Part shown: positions 19,189 to 29,688 of the stretch, piece by piece
Layout: every line of letters starts with the position of its first letter
How positions within the stretch are numbered: the stretch's first letter is position 1
DNA from: an uncultured Acidobacteriota bacterium
GTDB taxonomy: Bacteria > Acidobacteriota > UBA6911
Reading direction: 5' to 3'
NCBI GenBank assembly: GCA_963761825.1
Contig: CAVXIH010000002.1
Coordinates: 526,291 to 590,290, forward strand
Length of the DNA stretch: 64,000 bases
Made by a program: the position numbers and the translations under genes
The notes under the pieces: generated by a model
The model's input: only the letters and a program-made list of their open reading frames with translations
Databases searched by the model: none
Told to the model about the DNA's origin: nothing

Positions 19189-22100
19189 CTAGAAAAGATA
19201 CTTGAAACCGAATTGGATAATGCGCGGATTCACGCTTGTGGCAGTAATCTGCCCAAACGTGCTAGTCGGATCCAACGGGTTCGCCGTGCTGGGATTGGCG
19301 AACTGGGTATGGTTAAAGGCATTGTAAAACTCCGTCCGGAACTGGAAGGTATGACCTTCACTTATCCGCGTGTCTTTGATGAGCGAAATATCCCAGTTAA
19401 ACTGGCCGGGACCTTGAACAATACCCACACCAGAATTGCCCCAGCCGGTGCCATTGCCATAGATCCCACCGGTTGGAGGTGCACAGAATGAGGAGGCGTT
19501 GAAGTAACCGGGGCCGCCGCTGGCTCCTCCCAACCGGTCATGAATATCGCCGGATGTCGGGATTGTGCTATGCGAGTATCCCTCACACATCTGTGCTCTG
19601 CCGCCGCTGGCCCCATAAATGCTGCCGGCGGAACTATCCGTGAAGGTGAGGGGAAGACCGTTTTGGATTGTGGTGATTCCGGAAACGCTCCATCCATTGA
19701 GGAGTATTCCCGTAGCTCCCTGATGCTTCCCGAAAGGCAGTTCATACTGGTAGTTCAGAATGAAGCGATGCGGCCGGTTATAGTTGGTCGGCCCGTCTCT
19801 GCTGATCTTGATCAAACGGGTCATTGGAATTCGTGCTGTCCCCCGCGCCAAGAGTAGAGAGGTTTTTACTAAACGTGTAGGATGCCTGCATCGCCAATCC
19901 ATAGGAAAACGCTTTACGCACCGCGGCTTGAAGACTATGGTAGCTGGAGCTGGCATCGAAATACGTTCCTTGCAGGCCGGTCGCCTGATACCCGATATGC
20001 GGCACCCGCAAACCTACGTTGGCGGTTGTATTGGCGGTCTGGCCGTTTATTGGATTTCCCGAGGTTGCCAGTTGGGCCAGATTGGCGTTTCTGTAGCTAT
20101 TCATGAGCTTCGTTCCATTCGATCCAACATACGCGACATCCAGCACCCAGTTGGGGAGAAACTCATACTGAATGCTGACGTTGTACTGATACGTCAAGGG
20201 TATGTCGACGTTGGGATTAAGAAACATGGTGCTCATATTGGAACCGGCACCGCTGCAGTTGGTTCCATCGGAAGCGCAGGCGAGAGAACTCCAGCGGGAC
20301 GGGTAAGATCCCGTCGACACGTTGGGGAACGGATTCTCCAGAGTGTAGGAATTAAACGGACCATAACTCAAGGATGCCGCGTAGGGAGGGCTTTCCTGGT
20401 AAGCACGGACATAATAGTACGCCATTACCCGGTCGTAAAACATGCCGAAGCCTCCGCGCACAACCAGATTTCCTTTGCTGGCGGGTTGCCAGGCAAATCC
20501 AATTCTTGGACCGAAGTTGGTGTAGGGCGGATGACCCTCAATGGAGTTGTTGTTATCAACCTGGTAAACGCCGGCCGGCGGAGTTCCATATTGGGGATTG
20601 TTGTTTTTCGGTACCACGAATCCCACCAAACCCGGGCCGGATGTGGTCGGCGCTGTGGGAGGTGTGGGAACGGTTGCCAACAGATTCGGCCAAACGCTGG
20701 TCATGTTGCCGATGGTATCGTTCAACATGCTGTTATACTCCCATCTGAGGCCAAGGTTGAGCGTTAGATTCGAGCTTACCTTCCAGTCATCCTGGATAAA
20801 GGCACTCATGTTGTTCTGGCGGTAATTGTGATCGAGCTCTCCTCCGGGACCGTCTCCTTTATTTGTTATAGACATGAAGATATTACCTGGCCCTCCGACA
20901 AGGAAGTCATTAAAGGTTCCGAAATAGAGCCATCCCCGATTAGCCCCCGGCCTGGAAAAATAGTGTACCCTCTCGTATTCGAATCCGGCACGGATGGTGT
21001 GTTTGCCTTTGGACCACGCAATCTGATCCGCATACTGGTAGTTGGCTCCCAGGCTCTGCGCGGGACGGAAGGAGTTGAACATATAGGGTCCGCCGCCTGC
21101 TATCCATATCCAGGGTGGCAGGGTTTGGCCTGGAATTGCAGGGGTTATGCCTAACTCCGCAGGCGAGGATCCGGCTATCGGATCATCGTAAATATCTCCC
21201 CAATTTCGTTGATAGGAAAAGCGTGCCTCGTTGGTAAAGTTATTCCTTAAGGAGGAAGTGAGCTTTCCGACTATGTTGGTATTGGAATAGAAATCCGTCT
21301 GGGGATTTCCGGGAAGGTTGCTGTAGCCCATAGGAGTAATTTGTGGGTCACGCGTATAGAAAACCCTGCCTGATAGCGTATTCCTTTGATTGATCAAGTA
21401 ATCCGTATTGATAAGGAACTGATCCCCCTTGTATTCCGCAGGAATACTAAAGGCTCTCCGGCTGTAGCCATTGGTGCCTGACCCGGGCACAAAATAGCTG
21501 CCGTCGGGTAGCTTCAGGTTGAGGATATTGAGTGCCACGGGGCTGATATTCGATCCGTCACAGGCGACATTGGCGCCTCCGGCCCAGCCCCAGTTCATGA
21601 ATCCGCAACTCGTGTTCCCAAGCGCGGCGGCAAAGCCGGGCGCGCTGCGGTCACCCTCCGGAATGGGTGCCAAATTAACATTGACATTCCCACCGCCTGA
21701 AAGCCCATTTTTCTGGCGCGTCCCCTGCCAGCTGCCAAACAGGAAAAGCTTGTCCTTAACAACCGGCCCGCCTAGAGTGAAACCGTACTGCTTCTGATCG
21801 AGGACCGGCTTGTCCGGATCACCCTCGTCTTTATCTCGATTATAAAAGAAAGGATTGGCGTTGAGTGAAGTGTCCCTCAAGAAATAGAATCCCGTTCCAT
21901 GCAACTTATTGGAGCCGGATTTGGTGAGGACGTTTACACTCGCGCCCGGATTCCGTCCAAAACTGGCATCGAAGTTTGATGTCTGGACCTTGAATTCCTG
22001 AAGCGCGTCCGGATTTGGAATCCCGATCCCGGCACCCACGTTCTGATCGCTCCCACTTCCAAGGCTGGCGATACTGCTAATGGACACTCCGTCCATTTGG

Positions 22101-22702
22101 TAATTGTTCTTACTGGGATCGGAGCCATTTACGCTCGTTCGCTGGGTGCCTTTTCCCAGTGCGGTCGCATCGGAGACGTTGGCGGCAACACCGGTGGATA
22201 AATCCAGTACTTGAGTGTAGTTGCGACTTGTTAGAGGCAGTGCAGTCACGGTATCCCCGTCGACCAGAGTTCCCATGGTTGACGTCGAGGTTTGAAGAAT
22301 TTCAGCATCGGCTGCGACCGTTACGGTCTCACTGGGCGTGCCGATTTTCATGGTGTAGTTCAAAACGGCAGCTTCGGTAACATTAATGGTTACCGATGAA
22401 AATTCGGCTGTCTGAAAACCGGCCACGCTGATCTTAACCTCGTATTTGCCCGGCGGCAAAAGCGCAATTCTATAGGAACCGTCGTTGCCGGTAAGAGCGC
22501 TGCGGCTTTGAGCGGTCGCGATATTCGTCACAGAAATCTGTGCATCCTTGATTACTGATCCTGAGGGATCTTTTATAACTCCGGTCAACGCCCCTGTATC
22601 GGCGGATTGAGCCATGACGGAAGACACCCATGCCGCTGATGCTGCAACAACGGCAAGCAGAGAAAAAACAACTACCCAATGATGCGATTTTTTGCTTTTC
22701 AT
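19189..22702 (-). CDS. TonB-dependent receptor, Oar-like, with carboxypeptidase regulatory-like N-domain (frameshift near 19790)
   Basis: GVIKDPSG, LPPGKY, LPLTSRNY, DALQEFKVQTS, TKSGSN, FIQDDWKV, NFGPRIGFAW, QFRTEFYNAFNH and PRIIQFGFKYLF C-terminus. Confidence 0.95.
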
Positions 22703-22927
22703 ACTCCTCCTCTTACGTACAGCAATGGAACCCGATCTTGTGGTGGATCTGGATGGAAGACAAATCGGAGAATTCAGCGAACCGCAAGCAAACAAAATAT
22801 TCCCCTTGGTCGCCAAACTGCAAAGAATCGTTTTGCCGATCAAAACAATCGCCATCGATTCAATACGCCCGGAAGCAAATTTTTGAACCAGCCTAAACTG
22901 TGAAAACGTTATTTTCTTTATGAAGCC

Positions 22928-22955
22928 ATCATAATTTCGCATGCTTTTTTGTCAA
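22928..22955 (-). promoter_or_regulatory. Sigma70-type promoter for the TonB-dependent receptor
   Basis: Minus strand TTGACA-16 nt-TATGAT about 230 bp upstream of the start. Confidence 0.6.
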
Positions 22956-23166
22956 GCAGATTGTCTTGTGATTTGGTTAATAAGGATGGGATCATTAACA
23001 AATCCGTCGGCTTCTGTGCATCGAACCATGTACACCATGTGTCGACTCTTGCAAAAATCGTGCAATTGCGGGAGATTAGTGGCATGTGGCAATTAAATGA
23101 ATAGTGGTTCCGTGATTCCAATCCACTATCAATGGATCTATTACAAAGCACCAGGGAGGGAACGCG

Positions 23167-23709
23167 ATGCAGCCTAGAATGATACTCGCCTTGTTTTTAA
23201 TACTGACCTCTACTGCATCCGCGCAGAAGACGGGGCCCGCGGAGTTAACCGCTCTGGATTATTTTCAAATCCAACAGCTGGTGGCAAAGTATGCCCGTGC
23301 CATCGATACATGTTCCAACAACGGTTATGACTATGCGGATCTCTTCGCGTCGGACGGATACTTCGCTCCATCAATGAACGGCAAAGTCGGCCCGAAATTT
23401 CAGGGACGTGAACGGCTGGCGGAGGTCTCCGGCGGCGGTGCACAGGGATGCAAGAATGTTCCTTGGATTAAGGAGGGCGTCCATCACATCTACGTCAACC
23501 ATATCATCTTCCCCGCTGCGCAAGGAGCGGCGGGAACTGTCGACATGCTGATGATTGGGCTGGGCGGCGATCCCAATAAAATTGAATATGACGGCTACTA
23601 TGAGGATGTCTACGCCAGGACACCGCAGGGATGGCGATTCAAATCGCGCATTCACCACGCCCGGCTCGATCAAGGGAAGCGCGTTGCGCCCGCGCCGGCG
23701 ACACGCTGA
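23167..23709 (+). CDS. Secreted SnoaL-like/NTF2-family protein
   Basis: GGAGG RBS; signal peptide; [23 protein letters not shown] and [19 protein letters not shown]. Confidence 0.88.
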   Translation: MQPRMILALFLILTSTASAQKTGPAELTALDYFQIQQLVAKYARAIDTCSNNGYDYADLFASDGYFAPSMNGKVGPKFQGRERLAEVSGGGAQGCKNVPWIKEGVHHIYVNHIIFPAAQGAAGTVDMLMIGLGGDPNKIEYDGYYEDVYARTPQGWRFKSRIHHARLDQGKRVAPAPATR

Positions 23710-23828
23710 GAGAACTGGCTATAGGATTCACACAATGCAGTTGCAGCGCTTTGGCCGCATTGTGCTACGATGGACCAATCATTCAATCGGTTTTAGTGAA
23801 GAGAATTCACAATAAAGGAGAGATCGCC

Positions 23829-24521
23829 ATGAGTCTTGTCGGCAATAGGCAAAAGGGTACGACACGCAGAGGTTTCGTCAAGAATATCACCGCAGGCGCC
23901 GGCGGCATCGCTCTCGCAAGCTCATTGCGGGATGCATTGGCGCCCAATCTAAGCGGATTGATTGCAGCTCCGGAGGCGACAGCATCAACCGACGGAACCA
24001 AATATGGGAAATATTTCCTGAGCGACAATCGCCAACCGCCAAAAGCCAATGATTTTGTTTCTCTTAACAGTCTCCCTCCGTTTCCGGAAATAGCCAGTCC
24101 CCAGACTTACTTTCGAGGCGCTTCGGCATTGCCCGGAGCAACCGCCACAATAGGATGGCAGGTGTTCACCGCGCCGGTTTGCTGGGAAACTCCGCACACC
24201 CACAAATATGATGAATTCCTTATTTTCCTCGGCGCGCAACTACCGGACCTTTGTAAAAGCTTCGATGCAGAGATAGATTTTTGGATGGGAGAGGAAATGG
24301 AGAAGCATACCATCACCTCGACAACCGTCCTCTTCATTCCTAAAGGCTTAATGCATTGCCCGTTGAATTTCAGAGCCATCAGAAAGCCTGTTCTCTTCCA
24401 TGCGCTGTACCTTGGGCCGAATCTGGATCGAGTAGACACTGTAAAGAACTTTGATCTAACTACCTTTGATTGGGGAGGACCCGTCAACCTAAAAACCTTT
24501 GGCCCGCCCAAGAAGAAATAG
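23829..24521 (+). CDS. Tat-exported cupin-fold protein, copy 2
   Basis: 230 aa, 15 residues different from 14964-15656 by manual count; LMHCP instead of IMHSP. Confidence 0.85.
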   Translation: MSLVGNRQKGTTRRGFVKNITAGAGGIALASSLRDALAPNLSGLIAAPEATASTDGTKYGKYFLSDNRQPPKANDFVSLNSLPPFPEIASPQTYFRGASALPGATATIGWQVFTAPVCWETPHTHKYDEFLIFLGAQLPDLCKSFDAEIDFWMGEEMEKHTITSTTVLFIPKGLMHCPLNFRAIRKPVLFHALYLGPNLDRVDTVKNFDLTTFDWGGPVNLKTFGPPKKK

Positions 24522-24547
24522 CAGCTCTATATTCACAAAATGGAAGC

Positions 24548-24581
24548 AAAAAGATCCGGACACCAGGCCGGATCTTTTTTT
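24548..24581 (+). terminator. Intrinsic terminator
   Basis: AAAAAGATCCGG-loop-CCGGATCTTTTTTT. Confidence 0.8.
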
Positions 24582-24970
24582 GTCTTTAATAGCCCCACAT
24601 TAAAAACTTGACTCCTCAATTCTGTGACGGTTAGTATACTGCTACAACGTAGTATATGGCACCTGGACCTATCGGCTTCTTCGAGATTGTAAGGGATCGA
24701 AGCTGTTAGATAGTTGCCCATGGGCCTTTGCACTGCCATGTGCCCTCCAGTGTGCCGGGAGAGTCCCATCGAGCGGTCCCGGCACGCTGGACCAAACTAG
24801 AGTTATTTGTCATCAAATAATGCAGTGTTGCATAGAGGCATACACCGCATGGCATTCCGAAGACTAGATACTTTTTGTCACCTGCAAATAAGCGCTTGCC
24901 CGACCGGGTTTCTTTCGCTGTTTTTTGATTTTTCATTGTTTCGCTGCCCTTATGAGGCAGAGGAGGTTCC

Positions 24971-25765
24971 ATGAAAAAATCACTGTTTGCGGTCCTACTG
25001 CTGCCGATTCTTGCTTGCGCGGCACAAGGTCCATTTGACGGCACGTGGAAGGTCTTCCTCCACAATTTGCCTCCTTCGCCAAGCACACACGCAGACTTCG
25101 CATGGGAAATACAGAATGGCATGTATAAGTGTTCTGCATGTCCTGATATGGCGGGCCCCATCCAAATCAAGGCTGACGGTACGGACCAGCCCGTAGAGGG
25201 AAGACGAGCCTTCGATACGCTAGCCATCAAGATCGTGGACGACAAAACAATACTAGCCACTGAAAAAAGAGATGGGAAAATTATCGAGTCGATTAAGAAC
25301 ACCCTTTCTGCAGACGACAAGACGTTAATGAGGGACACGACTTCCTATCTTGAAGGCAGCAAACAACCTTTTACGGAGACAACGACCCTCACTCGCGTTG
25401 CCGCAGGTCCAGCCGGATCGCACCCGATTTCCGGATCTTGGCAATTGCAGCCCCTCCCAGTCACGCCCACCCAATACACAGTCACGTATAAAAGTTCGCC
25501 CGATGGCCTGATGATGACAACTATATCCGGACAATCGTTCGACGCAAAATTTGACGGCAAGGACTATCCGATCAAGGGAACTACTGGCCGCACGGTATCC
25601 TTAACCAAGGTGAACGATATCTGGATTGACGAGACCGACAAACTCGACGGGAAAATTGTGGGGGTGAATCACATGACAGTGTCTGCCGACGGAAAGACCC
25701 TCACTATAAAGCTGGAAACCGAGACGCAAGGCACCATGATTACGCTTATCGGGACCAAACAGTAG
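24971..25765 (+). CDS. Secreted hypothetical protein with internally duplicated beta-rich domain
   Basis: GAGGAGG RBS; signal peptide; two repeats (FDGTWK..ADGTDQPV..SADDKTL / ISGSWQ..FDGKDYPI..SADGKTL). Confidence 0.8.
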   Translation: MKKSLFAVLLLPILACAAQGPFDGTWKVFLHNLPPSPSTHADFAWEIQNGMYKCSACPDMAGPIQIKADGTDQPVEGRRAFDTLAIKIVDDKTILATEKRDGKIIESIKNTLSADDKTLMRDTTSYLEGSKQPFTETTTLTRVAAGPAGSHPISGSWQLQPLPVTPTQYTVTYKSSPDGLMMTTISGQSFDAKFDGKDYPIKGTTGRTVSLTKVNDIWIDETDKLDGKIVGVNHMTVSADGKTLTIKLETETQGTMITLIGTKQ

Positions 25766-25973
25766 ATTACATTGAGGTCGTAGGCATCCGCGGGACAGGC
25801 TTGCGAGGGATTGAATCCGCCTCGAGGCTTCCGGAGCATGAAATAGCGTACTGTTGTAGACGGCCAAAATGAGGATTGATTTCGGAGGCAAAGGCTCAAA
25901 AACGAAAAGGCCGCCCTGAAGAGCAACTATAAGAGCGGCCTGTACTGCAGCACGTGCATAAATGACGCTGCTA

Positions 25974-26471
25974 TTACTTGAAGACAATCCCGAATCCAAA
26001 CCGGATGGTCTTTGTATCCCATGCGCCTGCGTCATGAATAGGAATCCAGTCGAATTGGACGGCACGCACGGCAAAGTGATCGCTGACATTTACATCAAGA
26101 CCGCCGCCGAATCCCATTGCGAATGCGCTATCTGAAATGTGCCCGCCAGCATTGATGCCACCAAAAAGTGCATGTGCAAATACAGTGGTTTTGCTCTGGC
26201 GCATGCTGAATTTTGGGCCAAACAAATACTCATACACGCTTCCCCCGTTCTTGTATTGGCCGGCAAAATCCCCCACAACGCCAACGTTTTTGTGGAAGTT
26301 ACCGGCCACGCTGGCCTGAAATCCAAGAGGTTGTATGCGCTCATACCCCGAGTCTAAACTTAAGACTGAGAATCCTCCAAAGACTTCCGCTTTGGGAAAT
26401 TTATCCTGGGCCCAGGCGGAAACCGAAGTCAGGACAAGAAGCACAATCAGCATAAGAATTAGTTTTTTCAC
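25974..26471 (-). CDS. Outer membrane beta-barrel protein (8-stranded type)
   Basis: GAGG RBS and GTG start; signal peptide; AEVFGGFS, YLFGPKFS, FAHALFG, FAMGFGGGLD and RFGFGIVF. Confidence 0.88.
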   Translation of the reverse strand: MKKLILMLIVLLVLTSVSAWAQDKFPKAEVFGGFSVLSLDSGYERIQPLGFQASVAGNFHKNVGVVGDFAGQYKNGGSVYEYLFGPKFSMRQSKTTVFAHALFGGINAGGHISDSAFAMGFGGGLDVNVSDHFAVRAVQFDWIPIHDAGAWDTKTIRFGFGIVFK

Positions 26472-26857
26472 TTGTTCCTCCTTGCTCGAGTTAACAGTCT
26501 GCGAATAAATGGATGGTCCTATTTCATCACCGTCATGGTCAGCCAAATGCGCGTGAATCCGAAAGAAGATCAAGTTACGGATGTTTTAGTCGGCTTTAAT
26601 CATCCGGTGCCTGCCTAGTTTCTATATGCGAATGCGAAATCCGTTCCTATTCCGGATCACTGTTATCGGTATTGAATGGTAGCGGGGCGTAAGAACTATT
26701 TGGCGGGACTTGACGCACAATCGGACCGGGCCGCGACATTCAGTCCTCTAAGCGGATTGTTGCAGAAACAGCATAGGCTTTCTGGATGAAATTCAGAACT
26801 CCCGCCATAAAGGCGTCTTAGCTTGCATTTTGGCCGAAAATACAGAGACTACTCAAC

Positions 26858-27527
26858 GTGCCCTTCTATCGGAACCACTCCGAATCAAAGACTTTATGGC
26901 TCTGCTCTCCCCTGCCGCCGGCCCATAAAACGAAAAAATGGCTCCTAAACCCAATCGGCTTTCGCCGTAGAGGTTAGGGAACACCATCCTGGGGATAGGG
27001 ATCTGCCGTCCAACGAGCGTTACCGGCTTGCCGAGGAATTCCGCCGGATAACGTCTTTATAGGGGGCCAGGCTCCTGATCCATGAAAGAACGGATATCAC
27101 CCGCGATGTCCACGCGGATGGCGTTCACCTACCGGAGAGCGGCATCTCCGAGGGTGCGGGGCAAAAGATCATTGGGCCGGAACGGCTGATCGGCGTGTCT
27201 TGCCACAGCCCGGATTCAGCCAAATCGGCGCAAAAAAGTGGCGCCGACTTTATAGCGTTTGGCCCGGTATGCCTTACTCCATTCAAGGCTGTTTGCGGCA
27301 GCCCTGTCGGATTGGAGCGCCTGGCTGAAACCGCAGCTGCCCTGAATATCACGGCCTTTGGCCTTGGGGGGATTAACGAAAGCAATATGTTTCAGGTCAT
27401 GGCCACGGGAGCCAATGGCAGATCCCTCATTTCCGCCCGCATGACTGCGGAACCACCGCAAGTCGCCGCTGCAGATATGCTGAAAACGCTATGCCCCCGA
27501 AAAAGCAGTTGGATCAGGTGGTTCTGA
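26858..27527 (+). pseudogene. thiE: Thiamine phosphate synthase (ThiE/TenI-like) pseudogene; 5' limit approximate
   Basis: ADGVHLP, LIGVSCHS, GADFIAFGPV and FGLGGI motifs; in-frame TAG near 27060, eroded N-terminus, substituted conserved residues. Confidence 0.7.
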
Positions 27528-27569
27528 CACCTATAGCAGGCCTGCCCTTATCGAGCGGAAGCCGGGAGC

Positions 27570-27962
27570 CTACTCCCTGTCTGTTCTTCTGGGAGAAAAC
27601 GGCCTCTTTTTGGGATTGGCCCCGCGTTTTTTCGCGGGATCAAAACGCTCATAGAAGCGACGGGGCGCAGCCTCTTTTTCTCTTGGGCTGCTCTCGCGTT
27701 CCTCTCTACTGTGAGGCCGCGGGCGGTCAAACGATCGCGACGGTTTTGAAAAGGTCCTTTTTTGAAACGGCCTTTCGGGCCTTTCTCGAAACGGCCTTTC
27801 GGTCCTCTCGCGAAACGGCTTTGGCTGCGATTGACTGATCAATACATCTATTTTCTTTTCCAAATAATTCAATTGTTGCTGCATTCTTTTGATTAATGAA
27901 ACAAGATCCGTTTCGGACGGATCCTCCTCTTCAGCTGTGTTAACGGGCGATTCATCGTTCAT
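27570..27962 (-). CDS. Hypothetical protein: short coiled coil plus basic low-complexity tail
   Basis: AAGGTG RBS; LIKRMQQQLNYLEKKIDVL; tandem RERxERPF repeats. Confidence 0.7.
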   Translation of the reverse strand: MNDESPVNTAEEEDPSETDLVSLIKRMQQQLNYLEKKIDVLISQSQPKPFRERTERPFRERPERPFQKRTFSKPSRSFDRPRPHSREERESSPREKEAAPRRFYERFDPAKKRGANPKKRPFSPRRTDRE

Positions 27963-28264
27963 TTTCTAGGTCACCTTTCATTGATAAATCTAGAATCGGA
28001 TTATGAGAACCAGAGTATTAAGTATGAGCAATTTCGTGAGGATTGCAGCTTAACACTCTAAATAATAATACATTTTGAGTCATTCGTCCGCTTTATTATG
28101 GCTGCCCGCCTCAATAGATCCCCTGGTTTCGCATTTTTCGCAAAATAAATTGGCTCAAATCGGGGTGTGGACAATTAGATAAGTGGACGCAGTTTAGGAA
28201 GGATTGCGGCAAGAACACCGCGATCGATTTTGAACGCTACTACCCATCCAATGAAAGGCTATTT

Positions 28265-29503
28265 ATGAGCGAAGTTCGATTGAACATTCTGGACGCCGGC
28301 TATGCAATTCATGGCACGATTCACGGCTCTGAAATTGATGCCCTAGTGGCCTCGCTTTCCGCAAGCCCGGCAACCATCGAAGAATTGCAGCACGCCCTGG
28401 CCCGGTTTATCAAACCTGTCGACGGAAGGAAACCATTTGCATTTTTCGATGCCGGCACCAATGAAGAACCGTATGACGCGGGGCTTGTATTCGTCGATCT
28501 GGTGGCACGCGTGGTGGCGACGGAATCATCGTACTCATATCCCCAAACTCACGGATTCATCTTCTACCATGATGGAGTGAAATCGACCAATGTCAGGATT
28601 TCGTATTATGTGCCCGATGATTGGATTCTATTGAATTCTATTGCTGAATATAAATGCCTCTGCGACGTCAGGCGAGCACAAAACGCAGCGTCTCCACCGC
28701 TTGATGCGCGGGGAGTCCTCTATGGCGCGATTACGGACTACATCGTAAGCGAGTGCCTCGCGGCGCGCAATTCCAGCATTAAGGATCCTATTGCCGCGAT
28801 TCATGCCCGTTGGCTCATGACTCCGCGCCAAGATTTGCGCGGACAGTCACCCAGGACAGTGATGCTTCTGCAACGCGATTTTATTGAAGCCGACCTCGAG
28901 TCCCGTGAGCACCAGTGGAGTCGCCTCGGCGAACCCGCGCCCTGCCTTAATCTGGAATCGTCTGCCTACCGATTCGCCGGGTTCGGCACCCACGAAATCG
29001 TGGTGTATTTCGATCTGGTGCGGTACCTGATCTCAAAATGCTGGAAACAGGTAAGCAAAAAACAGGATATTTCCATTCCGGTTGAAGTGGCGCGACTGGA
29101 TCAAATCAAGTCAGATTGGCTGAATCGTCCTGAGGCGGACTTCGAAGGCAAAAGCCCCGCCTATATCATTGAGTGCGAACGCAAACGATTGCCGCTGGTC
29201 GTGCCGGCAGAAAAGGTGATGCTTGACGACGACTGTCCGCTCTGTAGGGCAATGGCAGGACACACGGGACCCACATTCTGCCATTTTGACGGCAGCAATA
29301 TGGACGACGACTTCCCCTTTTCGTTCTACCTCACGCGCGATGAATGGGAAGCAGAAAGGGAGTCCAAGACAGGTTTGATCTGGAGTTTGAAAAAGAGCGG
29401 CAACAGCGGGAGGCGAAGTTATCCAACGAAGCAAGTCAACGCACCAGCAACCAAACCGTCATTCATTGATGCTGGAATTCCGCCTACTGTGGAATGGATT
29501 TAG
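28265..29503 (+). CDS. Hypothetical protein with two WLxxP..L/FxGxSP motifs and CxxC (C-terminal indel likely)
   Basis: 412-aa ORF with AAGG RBS; WLMTPRQDLRGQSP, WLNRPEADFEGKSP and DCPLC. Confidence 0.75.
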   Translation: MSEVRLNILDAGYAIHGTIHGSEIDALVASLSASPATIEELQHALARFIKPVDGRKPFAFFDAGTNEEPYDAGLVFVDLVARVVATESSYSYPQTHGFIFYHDGVKSTNVRISYYVPDDWILLNSIAEYKCLCDVRRAQNAASPPLDARGVLYGAITDYIVSECLAARNSSIKDPIAAIHARWLMTPRQDLRGQSPRTVMLLQRDFIEADLESREHQWSRLGEPAPCLNLESSAYRFAGFGTHEIVVYFDLVRYLISKCWKQVSKKQDISIPVEVARLDQIKSDWLNRPEADFEGKSPAYIIECERKRLPLVVPAEKVMLDDDCPLCRAMAGHTGPTFCHFDGSNMDDDFPFSFYLTRDEWEAERESKTGLIWSLKKSGNSGRRSYPTKQVNAPATKPSFIDAGIPPTVEWI

Positions 29504-29688
29504 CGGTCCGCATCCGGCGGGTTACAGCGCCGACACATTGCAGCAGAATCCCCAAATCGTCCGGGCTGAAGCCCGGACCTCCATGCTTTCTTCTTCTCTA
29601 TATAGAATTACTTATTGCTTATAAATGGTTTTGGTGTAATTTCGATGCCGTGTGCCCGGAGTCGATATCATTTCACGGAGCGAGCCCT

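Larger units (their letters stand above)
23725..24581 (+). repeat. ~850-bp direct repeat copy 2
   Basis: Near-identical to 14860-15714, with scattered substitutions. Confidence 0.95.
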
